From Nitrospinales bacterium (GTDB lineage: Bacteria; Nitrospinota; Nitrospinia; Nitrospinales; VA-1), in NCBI GenBank assembly GCA_965223345.1, contig CBDCWG010000007.1, positions 256,001-320,000 on the forward strand: DNA of 64,000 nucleotides. Direction: 5' to 3'. Positions 44,422 to 52,819 of this stretch are shown here, piece after piece. The position numbers and the translations under genes are program-made. The notes beneath the pieces are model-generated. The model had not been told where the DNA came from. It searched no databases and saw nothing but the letters and a program-made list of their open reading frames with translations. Every line of letters begins with the position of its first letter. Position 1 is the first letter of the stretch.

Positions 44422-45075
44422 ATGCCTAAAATTCTACCCATTGTTTTGACAGTCTGGCTTGTGCAGGCGGGCGCCGCCTGGGCCGCCAGCGACGAGCAGG
44501 TGGCGCTCGACGCCATCCAGAAGCGCTACGAGGAAGTGGAATCGTTCAAAGCCCGGTTCGTGCAGAAATCCTACGTGAAGATGATGAACCAGACGGTGGA
44601 AGCGCGCGGCGACGTGCAGATCAAAAAACCGGGCAAGATGAAATGGATCTACAACGCGCCGGATCCGCAGGTGCTGGTCAGCAATCACAAGATCCTCTGG
44701 CTGTACGTTCCCGAGGACAAGCAGGTCACCAAGGTGCCGGTCAAAAGCATCTATTCCTCCAACACTCCGGCGCTGTTCCTGGCCGGCAAGGGGAAACTGA
44801 CCGAATCGTTCAACGTGTCGAAGGTGTCGCGCGGCGAGAACGTGACGCGGGTGCTGCTGATCCCCAAGCATCCGGACAACAGCGTGGAGCGGCTGGTGCT
44901 GTTTGCGGACAATAAAAACTACCAAATCGTCGGATCAAGCGTGTATGATAAATTAGGCAACAAGACGGAAATTCAGTTCAGTGACATCCACACCAACATG
45001 GCCATCTCCGACGACCAATTCCAGTTTGAAATTCCCAAAGGTGTGGAATTGTTGGATTATTCGGAAAATCCCTAG
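44422..45075 (+). CDS. lolA: Outer-membrane lipoprotein carrier protein LolA
   Basis: Signal peptide; A.F.Q, KKPGKMKW.Y..P..Q.LVS, F.F.IPKG. Confidence 0.9.
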   Translation: MPKILPIVLTVWLVQAGAAWAASDEQVALDAIQKRYEEVESFKARFVQKSYVKMMNQTVEARGDVQIKKPGKMKWIYNAPDPQVLVSNHKILWLYVPEDKQVTKVPVKSIYSSNTPALFLAGKGKLTESFNVSKVSRGENVTRVLLIPKHPDNSVERLVLFADNKNYQIVGSSVYDKLGNKTEIQFSDIHTNMAISDDQFQFEIPKGVELLDYSENP

Positions 45076-45096
45076 TATTTTTCAGACTCCTTCCCC

Positions 45097-46464
45097 ATGA
45101 TGGAATTATCTTTCTTTTCCCTGGATGCGCTCTCGACGTTCGGCTTCAAGATGCTCGCGTTCCTCGCGGGTCTTGCGGCGCTGATCTTCGTGCACGAGCT
45201 GGGGCATTTCCTCGTCGCCCGCAAATGCGGCGTGGTGGTGGAAAAGTTTTCCCTCGGTTTCGGCCCGAAGATCGTCGGGTTTCAATCCGGAGACACCGAA
45301 TACCTGATCTGCGCCATCCCCCTGGGCGGCTACGTCAAGATGAAGGGGGAGGACTACGAGACCGAATCGCTCCATCAGGAAGGCTCGTTCGCGGCGGCGC
45401 CGGTGCTGCACCGGCTGGCCATCGCCTTTGCGGGCCCGCTGTTCAATTTCCTGTTCGCCATCGCCATCTACTGGGTGGTGTATCTGGTCGGCGTGCAGAC
45501 GCTGGGGCTGGTGACCGGCAGCGTGGAACCGGAATCGCCCGCGCAGGTGGCGGGCATCCAGATGGGCGACAAGGTCGTCGCCATCGACGGCGAGCCGGTG
45601 CGTTTTTTCAGCGAGCTGCAGAAAATCGTCAACAACTCTCCGGGCAAATCCCTGGAATTCACGATCGAGCGCAACGGCTCCCAACTGAGCATGCCCATCA
45701 CGCCGCTGGCGAAGGAGACGGTCAATATCTTCGGCGAGAAGGAAATGCTGGGGCTGGTCGGTATCTCGCCTCTGGTGCGCAACATCACGCATGTGGTGAA
45801 AGGCTCGGTGGCGGAGCAAGCCGGCATCCAGGAGGGGGACATCCTCCTGAAAGTGGACGACACCCCGATCACCGGCTGGAAGGATTTCAAGCCCGCGGTG
45901 GTGGACAAGCCGGAACAGGAGCTGAAGTTCCACATCCAGCGCAACGGCACCGAGATCGTCATCCCCGTGACGCCCAAGCGGGAATCGGTCAAGGACGAGA
46001 CCGGCAAAGAGGTCGAAATCGGCCGGGTCGGCGTCGGCCTGAGCGGCGAGATGGTGGAGGAAAAATACGGCGTGTTCGGTGCCCTGTGGCGGGGTCTCCA
46101 GGAAACCGGCCAACTGATCTACCTGATCGCGGTGAGCATCAAAAAACTGATTTTCGGTTCGATCCCCGCCAACACGATCGGCGGCCCGATCCTCATTTTC
46201 CAGGTGTACGGCGATCAGGCGGAACAGGGCTTCAACCAGCTGATCCGGCTCACCGCGCTGTTGAGCATCAACCTGGGACTGCTGAACCTGCTGCCGATTC
46301 CGGTGCTCGACGGCGGGCACATTCTGTTTTTCCTCATCGAGCTCATCAAGGGGAAACCCGTCAGCGAGCGGAACCGCGAACGCGCGCAGCAGGTGGGCCT
46401 GTTCATGCTGCTGGGGCTGATGGTGTTCGCGTTCTACAACGACATCGTGCGCATCATAAGCTGA
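45097..46464 (+). CDS. rseP: RIP metalloprotease RseP with two PDZ domains
   Basis: HELGH, FSLGFGP, IPLGGYVKM, AGP..N, NLLPIPVLDGGH. Confidence 0.97.
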   Translation: MMELSFFSLDALSTFGFKMLAFLAGLAALIFVHELGHFLVARKCGVVVEKFSLGFGPKIVGFQSGDTEYLICAIPLGGYVKMKGEDYETESLHQEGSFAAAPVLHRLAIAFAGPLFNFLFAIAIYWVVYLVGVQTLGLVTGSVEPESPAQVAGIQMGDKVVAIDGEPVRFFSELQKIVNNSPGKSLEFTIERNGSQLSMPITPLAKETVNIFGEKEMLGLVGISPLVRNITHVVKGSVAEQAGIQEGDILLKVDDTPITGWKDFKPAVVDKPEQELKFHIQRNGTEIVIPVTPKRESVKDETGKEVEIGRVGVGLSGEMVEEKYGVFGALWRGLQETGQLIYLIAVSIKKLIFGSIPANTIGGPILIFQVYGDQAEQGFNQLIRLTALLSINLGLLNLLPIPVLDGGHILFFLIELIKGKPVSERNRERAQQVGLFMLLGLMVFAFYNDIVRIIS

Positions 46465-46538
46465 CCTCCCCACGGGACACCCCACAGCAGCCCGGATTCG
46501 CGGGACACGGCGTCGCCCTATTCTCTCAGGCCAAATCG

Positions 46539-46826
46539 ATGGATCCTTTTTCTCAACTTGAAGATCTGAAAACCGCGGCGGCAAAACTGTCCATAGACAT
46601 CCACACCGGCGACCTCGCCGCATCGGGTGAGGAATTCAGCGTGCAAAGCGGGTATTGCAAGATCCGCGGAAAAGGCACCATCCTGCTCGACAAACGCCTC
46701 ACGCCCGAAGAAAAGATAGAAGTCATCCTGAATGCGCTCAGTAAGCAGGACACCGAATCGGTCTACGTGGCCGCGTGGATCCGGGAAAAACTCGAATCGC
46801 AAACCAACATGAATCCGCTGTCATGA
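46539..46826 (+). CDS. Small hypothetical protein
   Basis: MDPFSQLEDLK...SGYCKIRG...LLDKRL...DTESVYVAAWIRE; overlaps the next start codon (atga). Confidence 0.7.
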   Translation: MDPFSQLEDLKTAAAKLSIDIHTGDLAASGEEFSVQSGYCKIRGKGTILLDKRLTPEEKIEVILNALSKQDTESVYVAAWIREKLESQTNMNPLS

Positions 46827-48553
46827 CGCTCGCCAACAACATCCTGCCGGAGATCCGCCGCAGCAAACTCAAATCCCTGCTTAAAGAAGGAAAAACCGTG
46901 CGCGTGCTGGAAGCGCACAACGGGTTGAGCGGCATCGTCGCCAACAACACGTTCATCGAAGGGTTTTCCGGAGACACACCGGTGCGGCTGGAGTTCGACG
47001 CGATCTGGGAAAGCAGCCTCACCGATTCCGCCTCGAAGGGACACCCGGACATCGAGGTGGTGAGCTTCGATTCGCGCCTGCACACGATCCACGAAATCCT
47101 GGCGGTGACCGACAAGCCGATGATCGTGGACGGCGACACCGGCGGCGACGCGAACAATTTCGAGTACATGGTCACCAAGCTCGAACGCGCCGGCGTCTCA
47201 GCGACCATCATCGAGGACAAGGTGTTTCCCAAACGCAACAGCCTGGAGGCGGGAGCGCAGCAACTGCTGCAGGAGCCGAGCGTGTTCGCGCAGAAGATCC
47301 GCAGGGGCAAATCGGTGCAGGCGTCCGACGATTTCATGATCATCGCCCGGCTCGAAAGCCTGATCGCCGGCAAGGGCCTGGAAGACGCGCTGGAACGCGC
47401 CCGCGCCTATCTGGAAGCGGGGGTGGACGGGATCATGATCCATTCCAAATCGAAAGAGCCCGACGAGGTGCTGGAATTCGCCAAACGCTACCGGGTCCTG
47501 CTCGACGAGCTGAAGCTCGACAAGCCGCTGGTCTGCGTGCCCACCACCTACAACCGGATCACCGAAGAAGAACTGGGCCGCGCGGGCTTTCGCATTGTTA
47601 TCCACGCCAACCACCTGCTGCGCAGCGCATACAAATCCATGCTGGAAACCTCGCGCAGCATCCTGTTGAACCAGCGGTCCTTCGAGGTGGACCCCGCCTG
47701 CGCCCCGGTGCGGGAGATCTTTCAGGCAGTGGGCTTTCTCGACGTCAAAGAGAAGGACCAGATGGACGAGCAGATCGGCAACATCCCGGTCATCATCCCG
47801 GCGGCGGGCGAGGACCCGGTGCTCAAACCGCTGCTCAACGGCAAGCCGAAGGCGATGATGGAAATCGCCGGCAAAACCCTGCTGGACCAGCAGATCCGCA
47901 CCCTGAACGCAGCCAATCTCAACGACATCACCGTGGTCTCGGGCTACGCGCGCGACAAGATGCGCGCCGAGGGGGCGGCCTTTGTGGAAAACCCGGATTA
48001 CAAGAACGGCTCCATGCTGCACAGCCTGGTGGTGGCGAGAGAAAAGATGCACAACGGCTTCATCATGCTATACTCGGACATCCTGATGGACCACCAGATC
48101 ATCGCCAACCTGCTCGACAGCAAGGAAGACATCGTGCTGGTGGCGGACAACTCGATCCAGTACCACCGGTTCGAGGACAACAACGTGCTGGATTTCATCA
48201 TCAGCAAGAACCGGCACAACAAGGCCGGCCGCCGGCACATCAGCTTCTGCTGGGACAACGTGGTCGCCAAGATCGGCACCAAGATCAATCCGGAAACGGC
48301 GACGCACGAATTCATCGGGCTGGCCAAGTTCACGAAAACCGGAGCGGAGCAGTTCGTGCAAACCTATCAGGACTGCGTGGAAAACTACAAGGGAAAATTT
48401 CAGGAAGCGGAGGACATCGCCCAGTTCACCTTCACCGACCTCATACAGGAAATGATCGACCGGGGATTCGCCGTGCATTTCCTCGAAATCCACAAGGGCT
48501 GGCTGGAGATTCACCGTGAGGCAGACATCGCCCTTGCCAACCAGTTTCTGTAA
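46823..48553 (+). CDS. pepM: Phosphoenolpyruvate mutase fused to a C-terminal nucleotidyltransferase domain
   Basis: EAHNGLS, SSLTDS..KG.PDIE, DGDTGG, EDKVFPKRNS (EDKx5NS signature), ANHLLR; C-terminal IIPAAG...KPKAM, YSDI, FIGL, W.EI. Confidence 0.92.
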   Translation: MTLANNILPEIRRSKLKSLLKEGKTVRVLEAHNGLSGIVANNTFIEGFSGDTPVRLEFDAIWESSLTDSASKGHPDIEVVSFDSRLHTIHEILAVTDKPMIVDGDTGGDANNFEYMVTKLERAGVSATIIEDKVFPKRNSLEAGAQQLLQEPSVFAQKIRRGKSVQASDDFMIIARLESLIAGKGLEDALERARAYLEAGVDGIMIHSKSKEPDEVLEFAKRYRVLLDELKLDKPLVCVPTTYNRITEEELGRAGFRIVIHANHLLRSAYKSMLETSRSILLNQRSFEVDPACAPVREIFQAVGFLDVKEKDQMDEQIGNIPVIIPAAGEDPVLKPLLNGKPKAMMEIAGKTLLDQQIRTLNAANLNDITVVSGYARDKMRAEGAAFVENPDYKNGSMLHSLVVAREKMHNGFIMLYSDILMDHQIIANLLDSKEDIVLVADNSIQYHRFEDNNVLDFIISKNRHNKAGRRHISFCWDNVVAKIGTKINPETATHEFIGLAKFTKTGAEQFVQTYQDCVENYKGKFQEAEDIAQFTFTDLIQEMIDRGFAVHFLEIHKGWLEIHREADIALANQFL

Positions 48554-48625
48554 TTTTTCAATTCCAGTTTCAGGCTCGATTTTTCCCCCGCGATCCGGAC
48601 GGAAACGCGGAGGACATAGGGGACC

Positions 48626-50341
48626 ATGTATTATTCGAAGCTGTTCATTCCAACGTTGAAAGAGAACCCCGCCGATGCGGAGGTGGTGAGCCACAAGCTC
48701 ATGGTGCGGGCGGGACTGATCCGCCAGGTGGCGTCGGGGATCTATTCCGTCCTGCCGCTGGGCCTGCGGGTGCTGCGCAAGGTCGAGCAGATCATCCGCG
48801 AGGAGATGAACGGCATCGGCGGCCAGGAAGTGTTTCTTCCCAGCGTGCAGCCTGCGGAACTGTGGCAGGAAAGCGGGCGCTGGGAGCTCTACGGCAAGGA
48901 GCTGCTCCGGCTCAAGGACCGGCACGACCGTGAATTCTGCTACGGGCCGACGCACGAGGAGGTGATCACCGACATCGTGCGCAAGGAGATCAAATCCTAC
49001 CGGCAGCTGCCGGTGACCCTGTACCAGATCCAGACCAAATTCCGCGACGAGGTGCGTCCGCGTTTCGGCGTCATGCGGGGCCGGGAATTCACCATGAAGG
49101 ACGCCTACAGCTTTCACACCGACGAGAAGAGCACGCAGAAGACCTATTTCGACATGGCGCAGGCCTATTCGAACGTGTTTCGGCGCTGCGGGCTGGAATT
49201 CAAGATGGTGGAAGCGGACTCGGGCACCATCGGCGGTAATTTCTCGCACGAATTCGCGGTGCTCGCCGATTCGGGCGAAGATTCCATCGCCTATTGCGAC
49301 CACTGCGAGTACGCCTCCAACCTGGAGCTGGCGCAGGCGAAGGCGGTGCCGGATCCCAAAAACCCGCTCTCGACCGAATCGCTTAAAGAAGTGGAAACCC
49401 CCGGCAAAACCACGGTGCAGGAAGTCGCGGATTTTTTGTCGGTGAAGCCGGAGCAGATCGTCAAAACCATGCTGCTCGAATCGGACCAGGGCCTGGTGGC
49501 GGGGCTGGTGCGCGGCGACCGGGAACTCAACCCCATCAAGCTGAAAAACCTCATCGGCGCCGAATGGCTGCATCCGGCTACGGAGAAAACCTTTGCGGAG
49601 CACCCGGGCCTGCCCTGCGGTTACGTCGGTCCCGTAGGGCTCGATTGCAAGGTCTACGCAGACTGGGACATCGCCGCCATGCAGCCGTTCGTCACCGGAG
49701 CCAACAAAACAAACCGGCATCTGACCGGGGTGACGCTCGGCCGCGATTTCAAGATCGAAAAAACCGGCGATATCCGCAGCGTGAAGGCGGGCGAGCCCTG
49801 CCCCCGCTGCGACGGCGGCAAGCTGCTCATCAAACGCGGCATCGAGGTGGGCCACATCTTCATCCTGGGCACCAAGTACAGCCGCGCCATGAACGCGGTT
49901 TTCCTGGACGACAAGGGCAAGGAAAATGTAATGGTCATGGGTTGTTACGGGATCGGCGTCGGGCGCACGGCGGCCGCCGCCATCGAGCAGAATCACGACG
50001 ACAACGGCATCGTCTGGCCGCTGCCCCTCGCCCCCTTCGCGGTGCATATCATCCCGACGAACTTTTCCGTGGACGCGATCCGCGAAGCCTGCGAGACCGC
50101 ATACAAGTCCCTATGGAACAACAATATAGAAACGCTTCTGGACGACCGCTCCGACAGGTTGGGTGTGAAGCTCAAGGACGCGGACCTGCTCGGCGTCCCG
50201 ATCCAGATCATCATCGGCCCGAAAAATCTCGAAGCCGGCAAGGTGGAAATAAAATCAAGAAAAACAAACACTTCCGAGCTGCATCCCTTCCCCCAGGTGC
50301 TCGATCAGATCCCTTCCCTGCTGTCGAAATGGGCCTCTTGA
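48626..50341 (+). CDS. proS: Proline--tRNA ligase (bacterial type with editing domain)
   Basis: GPTHEE, QIQTKFRDE.RPRFG.MR.REF.MKDAYS, GIEVGHIF.LGTKYS, MGCYGIG. Confidence 0.98.
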   Translation: MYYSKLFIPTLKENPADAEVVSHKLMVRAGLIRQVASGIYSVLPLGLRVLRKVEQIIREEMNGIGGQEVFLPSVQPAELWQESGRWELYGKELLRLKDRHDREFCYGPTHEEVITDIVRKEIKSYRQLPVTLYQIQTKFRDEVRPRFGVMRGREFTMKDAYSFHTDEKSTQKTYFDMAQAYSNVFRRCGLEFKMVEADSGTIGGNFSHEFAVLADSGEDSIAYCDHCEYASNLELAQAKAVPDPKNPLSTESLKEVETPGKTTVQEVADFLSVKPEQIVKTMLLESDQGLVAGLVRGDRELNPIKLKNLIGAEWLHPATEKTFAEHPGLPCGYVGPVGLDCKVYADWDIAAMQPFVTGANKTNRHLTGVTLGRDFKIEKTGDIRSVKAGEPCPRCDGGKLLIKRGIEVGHIFILGTKYSRAMNAVFLDDKGKENVMVMGCYGIGVGRTAAAAIEQNHDDNGIVWPLPLAPFAVHIIPTNFSVDAIREACETAYKSLWNNNIETLLDDRSDRLGVKLKDADLLGVPIQIIIGPKNLEAGKVEIKSRKTNTSELHPFPQVLDQIPSLLSKWAS

Positions 50342-50368
50342 GGCAGTTCCACATAGGGAAATTTTTGC

Positions 50369-50397
50369 TTGCAACCCCCCTGGCCTTTTAGTAGAAT
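50369..50397 (+). promoter_or_regulatory. Sigma70-type promoter of the rimP-nusA-infB operon
   Basis: TTGCAA (50369-50374), 17-nt spacer, TAGAAT (50392-50397). Confidence 0.65.
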
Positions 50398-50426
50398 CCA
50401 ATTAACAAAATCTAGCTCGTAAAGCG

Positions 50427-50457
50427 AATGCGGGTTGAAAACCCGCATTTTTTTTTG
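50427..50457 (+). terminator. Terminator/attenuator-like hairpin in the rimP leader
   Basis: aatgcgggtt-gaa-aacccgcatt followed by a T run. Confidence 0.75.
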
Positions 50458-50548
50458 AGAAATCGGAAAACCGAACAAACCTTGAAGCCGGAGCCGGGAA
50501 ACCTGAACAACACGATTCACTCTTTCCTTTCCCGCGGCTCAGTCGAAG

Positions 50549-51010
50549 ATGAACGCTTCCTCGATATCTCAATCCGTTCTGGAGATGATCGAACCCATTG
50601 TCCAGGAAGCCGGGCTGGAACTGGTCGATGTCGAATACAAGAAATCGGGGCGGGACTGGGTTCTTAGAATCTACATCGACAAAGAAACCGGCATCACTCA
50701 CGAAGATTGCCAGAATGTCAGCCGTCAGGTCGAGGACAGGATCGAGGTGGAGGGTCTGATATCCGGTCACTATGTTTTGGAGGTCTCCTCTCCAGGGCTG
50801 GACCGGCCCTTGAAAAAGGAAAAGGACTTTTTGCGCTATCAGAACAAGCGCGTCCGCGTCAAAACCTTCGCCCCGATCGACAATCAACGCAACTTTTCAG
50901 GTTCCATCGAAACGTTTCAAAACGGAGTCCTGTTTTTGCGGGAGGACACGCGAACGGTCGAGATCGATCTCGATAACATCGCCCAGGCGAGATTGATCAT
51001 CGAGCTGTGA
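50549..51010 (+). CDS. rimP: Ribosome maturation factor RimP
   Basis: LRIYIDK..GIT.EDC..VSR, Y.LEVSSPGLDRPL. Confidence 0.96.
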   Translation: MNASSISQSVLEMIEPIVQEAGLELVDVEYKKSGRDWVLRIYIDKETGITHEDCQNVSRQVEDRIEVEGLISGHYVLEVSSPGLDRPLKKEKDFLRYQNKRVRVKTFAPIDNQRNFSGSIETFQNGVLFLREDTRTVEIDLDNIAQARLIIEL

Positions 51011-51059
51011 GGTCCGTTCCCTCCCGCCGGGTGAAACCCACGTCTTTCATAAAAAGGCC

Positions 51060-52748
51060 ATGAGCATCGAAACCATCAGCATCATCGAGCAGATCGCACG
51101 CGAAAAAGGGATCGAAAAGGACATCCTGATCGACGCCCTCAAAAGCGCCGTCGAGGCGGCCGCCCGCAAGAAGCTGCCGGACTTGAAGGAAATCCACAGC
51201 GAATTCAATGAAGCCACGGGCGAGGTCGATATCTACGCGGAAAAGACGGTGGTCGAGACCGTTGAAGATCCCAACGATGAAATCAGCCTCACTGAAGCGC
51301 TGGAGCTTTCTCCCGACGTGGAGCTCGGTGAACGCGTTCTGGTGCAGCAGATCCTGGAAAACTACGGCCGCATCGCGGCGCAGCTCGCCAAACAGGTGAT
51401 TCTGCAGAAAGTACGCGAGGCGGAGGTCGATCTGATCTACAACGATTTTATCGATAAAAAGGGCGAACTGATCAACGGCATCGTGCAGCGCTTCGAACAC
51501 GGGGATCTCATCGTCGAGCTGGGCAAGGCGGAAGGCATCCTGCCGCGGCGGGAACAGGTGTTCCGCGAGACGTTCAACCGCGGCGAGCGGATCCGCGCCT
51601 ACGTGCTGGACATCCGCAAGACCTCGAAAAACGCCATGGTCATCCTGTCCCGCACCCACACGGGCCTGATCAAGCGGCTTTTCGAGATGGAGGTTCCGGA
51701 AATCAGCGAAGGCATGGTGGAGATCATGGGCATCGTGCGCGAACCGAACGGCCGCACCAAGATCGCGGTGCGCACCAACGACCGCGACATCGACGCGGTG
51801 GGCGCCTGTGTCGGCATGCGGGGCATGCGGGTGCAGTCGATCGTGCAGGAGCTGCGCGGTGAAAAGATCGACATCGTGGAGTATTCGGAAGATCCGGAAG
51901 TGTTCATCAAGCACGCGCTGTCCCCGGCCAAGATCTCGCGCATCATCGTCAACGAGCCGGAAAAGCACATGACCATCATCGTGGCGGACGACCAGATGTC
52001 TCTGGCGATCGGCAAAAAGGGCCAGAACGTGCGCCTCGCGGCCAAGCTGGTGAAATGGAAGATCGACATCAAAGGCGAGTCCGAAGCGCTGGAGCTTGGC
52101 GAGCAGCCTTCGTTCCTGGGCACGGCCAAAGCGGCGCCCAGCGTCAACATTCTCGAAGAGGTGAAAAACACCAAGGGGCTGGGCGAAAAGATCATGGGCA
52201 TCCTGTTCAGCGGCAACGTGGTGACCCTGGAGGAAGTGCTCAAGCGGGGCGTGGAAGGTCTGACGGAACTGCCGGGAATCGGCCCCAAGAAAGCCGAGGC
52301 GATCCTGGAACTGGCCGTTGCGCACAAAGAGTCGCTCGAATCGGCTGCGGAAGCGGAGGAAGCCACTGAAGAAGAGGTGGAAGCCGCAGAGGCCGAAGTT
52401 GCGGAAGAGGAAGTAACCGAACTGGAAACCGGAGACGAGGAAGCGGCTGTGAGCGAAGAGGCCGAAGCCGAAGAGACCGCTGTTGAGGAAATGGAGGAAG
52501 AAGACGCCGAAGGCGCCGAAGCGGCGGCCGAGGAAGAAGAGGAAGAACAGGAAATCCTGGTGGAGGAGCTCACGGACGTCGATCCGGACATCATCGAGCT
52601 TTTACGGCAAAACGAGTTTCAGACATTCGCGGAACTTTCAATCACCCCTCTGGAGGAACTGGCCGCCATCGAGGGGATCGATGAAGCGGTGGCCCAGTCC
52701 ATTCTCGAACAGGCCAAGCAGAGAATGAACAATCTCGAAAACGTCTGA
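51060..52748 (+). CDS. nusA: Transcription termination factor NusA with an extended acidic C-terminus
   Basis: GRIAAQLAKQVI.Q, DAVGACVGMRG.RV, SLAIGKKGQNVRLA; Glu-rich linker between two HhH-like repeats. Confidence 0.97.
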   Translation: MSIETISIIEQIAREKGIEKDILIDALKSAVEAAARKKLPDLKEIHSEFNEATGEVDIYAEKTVVETVEDPNDEISLTEALELSPDVELGERVLVQQILENYGRIAAQLAKQVILQKVREAEVDLIYNDFIDKKGELINGIVQRFEHGDLIVELGKAEGILPRREQVFRETFNRGERIRAYVLDIRKTSKNAMVILSRTHTGLIKRLFEMEVPEISEGMVEIMGIVREPNGRTKIAVRTNDRDIDAVGACVGMRGMRVQSIVQELRGEKIDIVEYSEDPEVFIKHALSPAKISRIIVNEPEKHMTIIVADDQMSLAIGKKGQNVRLAAKLVKWKIDIKGESEALELGEQPSFLGTAKAAPSVNILEEVKNTKGLGEKIMGILFSGNVVTLEEVLKRGVEGLTELPGIGPKKAEAILELAVAHKESLESAAEAEEATEEEVEAAEAEVAEEEVTELETGDEEAAVSEEAEAEETAVEEMEEEDAEGAEAAAEEEEEEQEILVEELTDVDPDIIELLRQNEFQTFAELSITPLEELAAIEGIDEAVAQSILEQAKQRMNNLENV

Positions 52749-52819
52749 GGATTTTTCGTATTTAACAGGCAGTTTTTTTTCGGTATGCGGGCCCGGAAAA
52801 ACAACGAAGGAGAGTTTAC

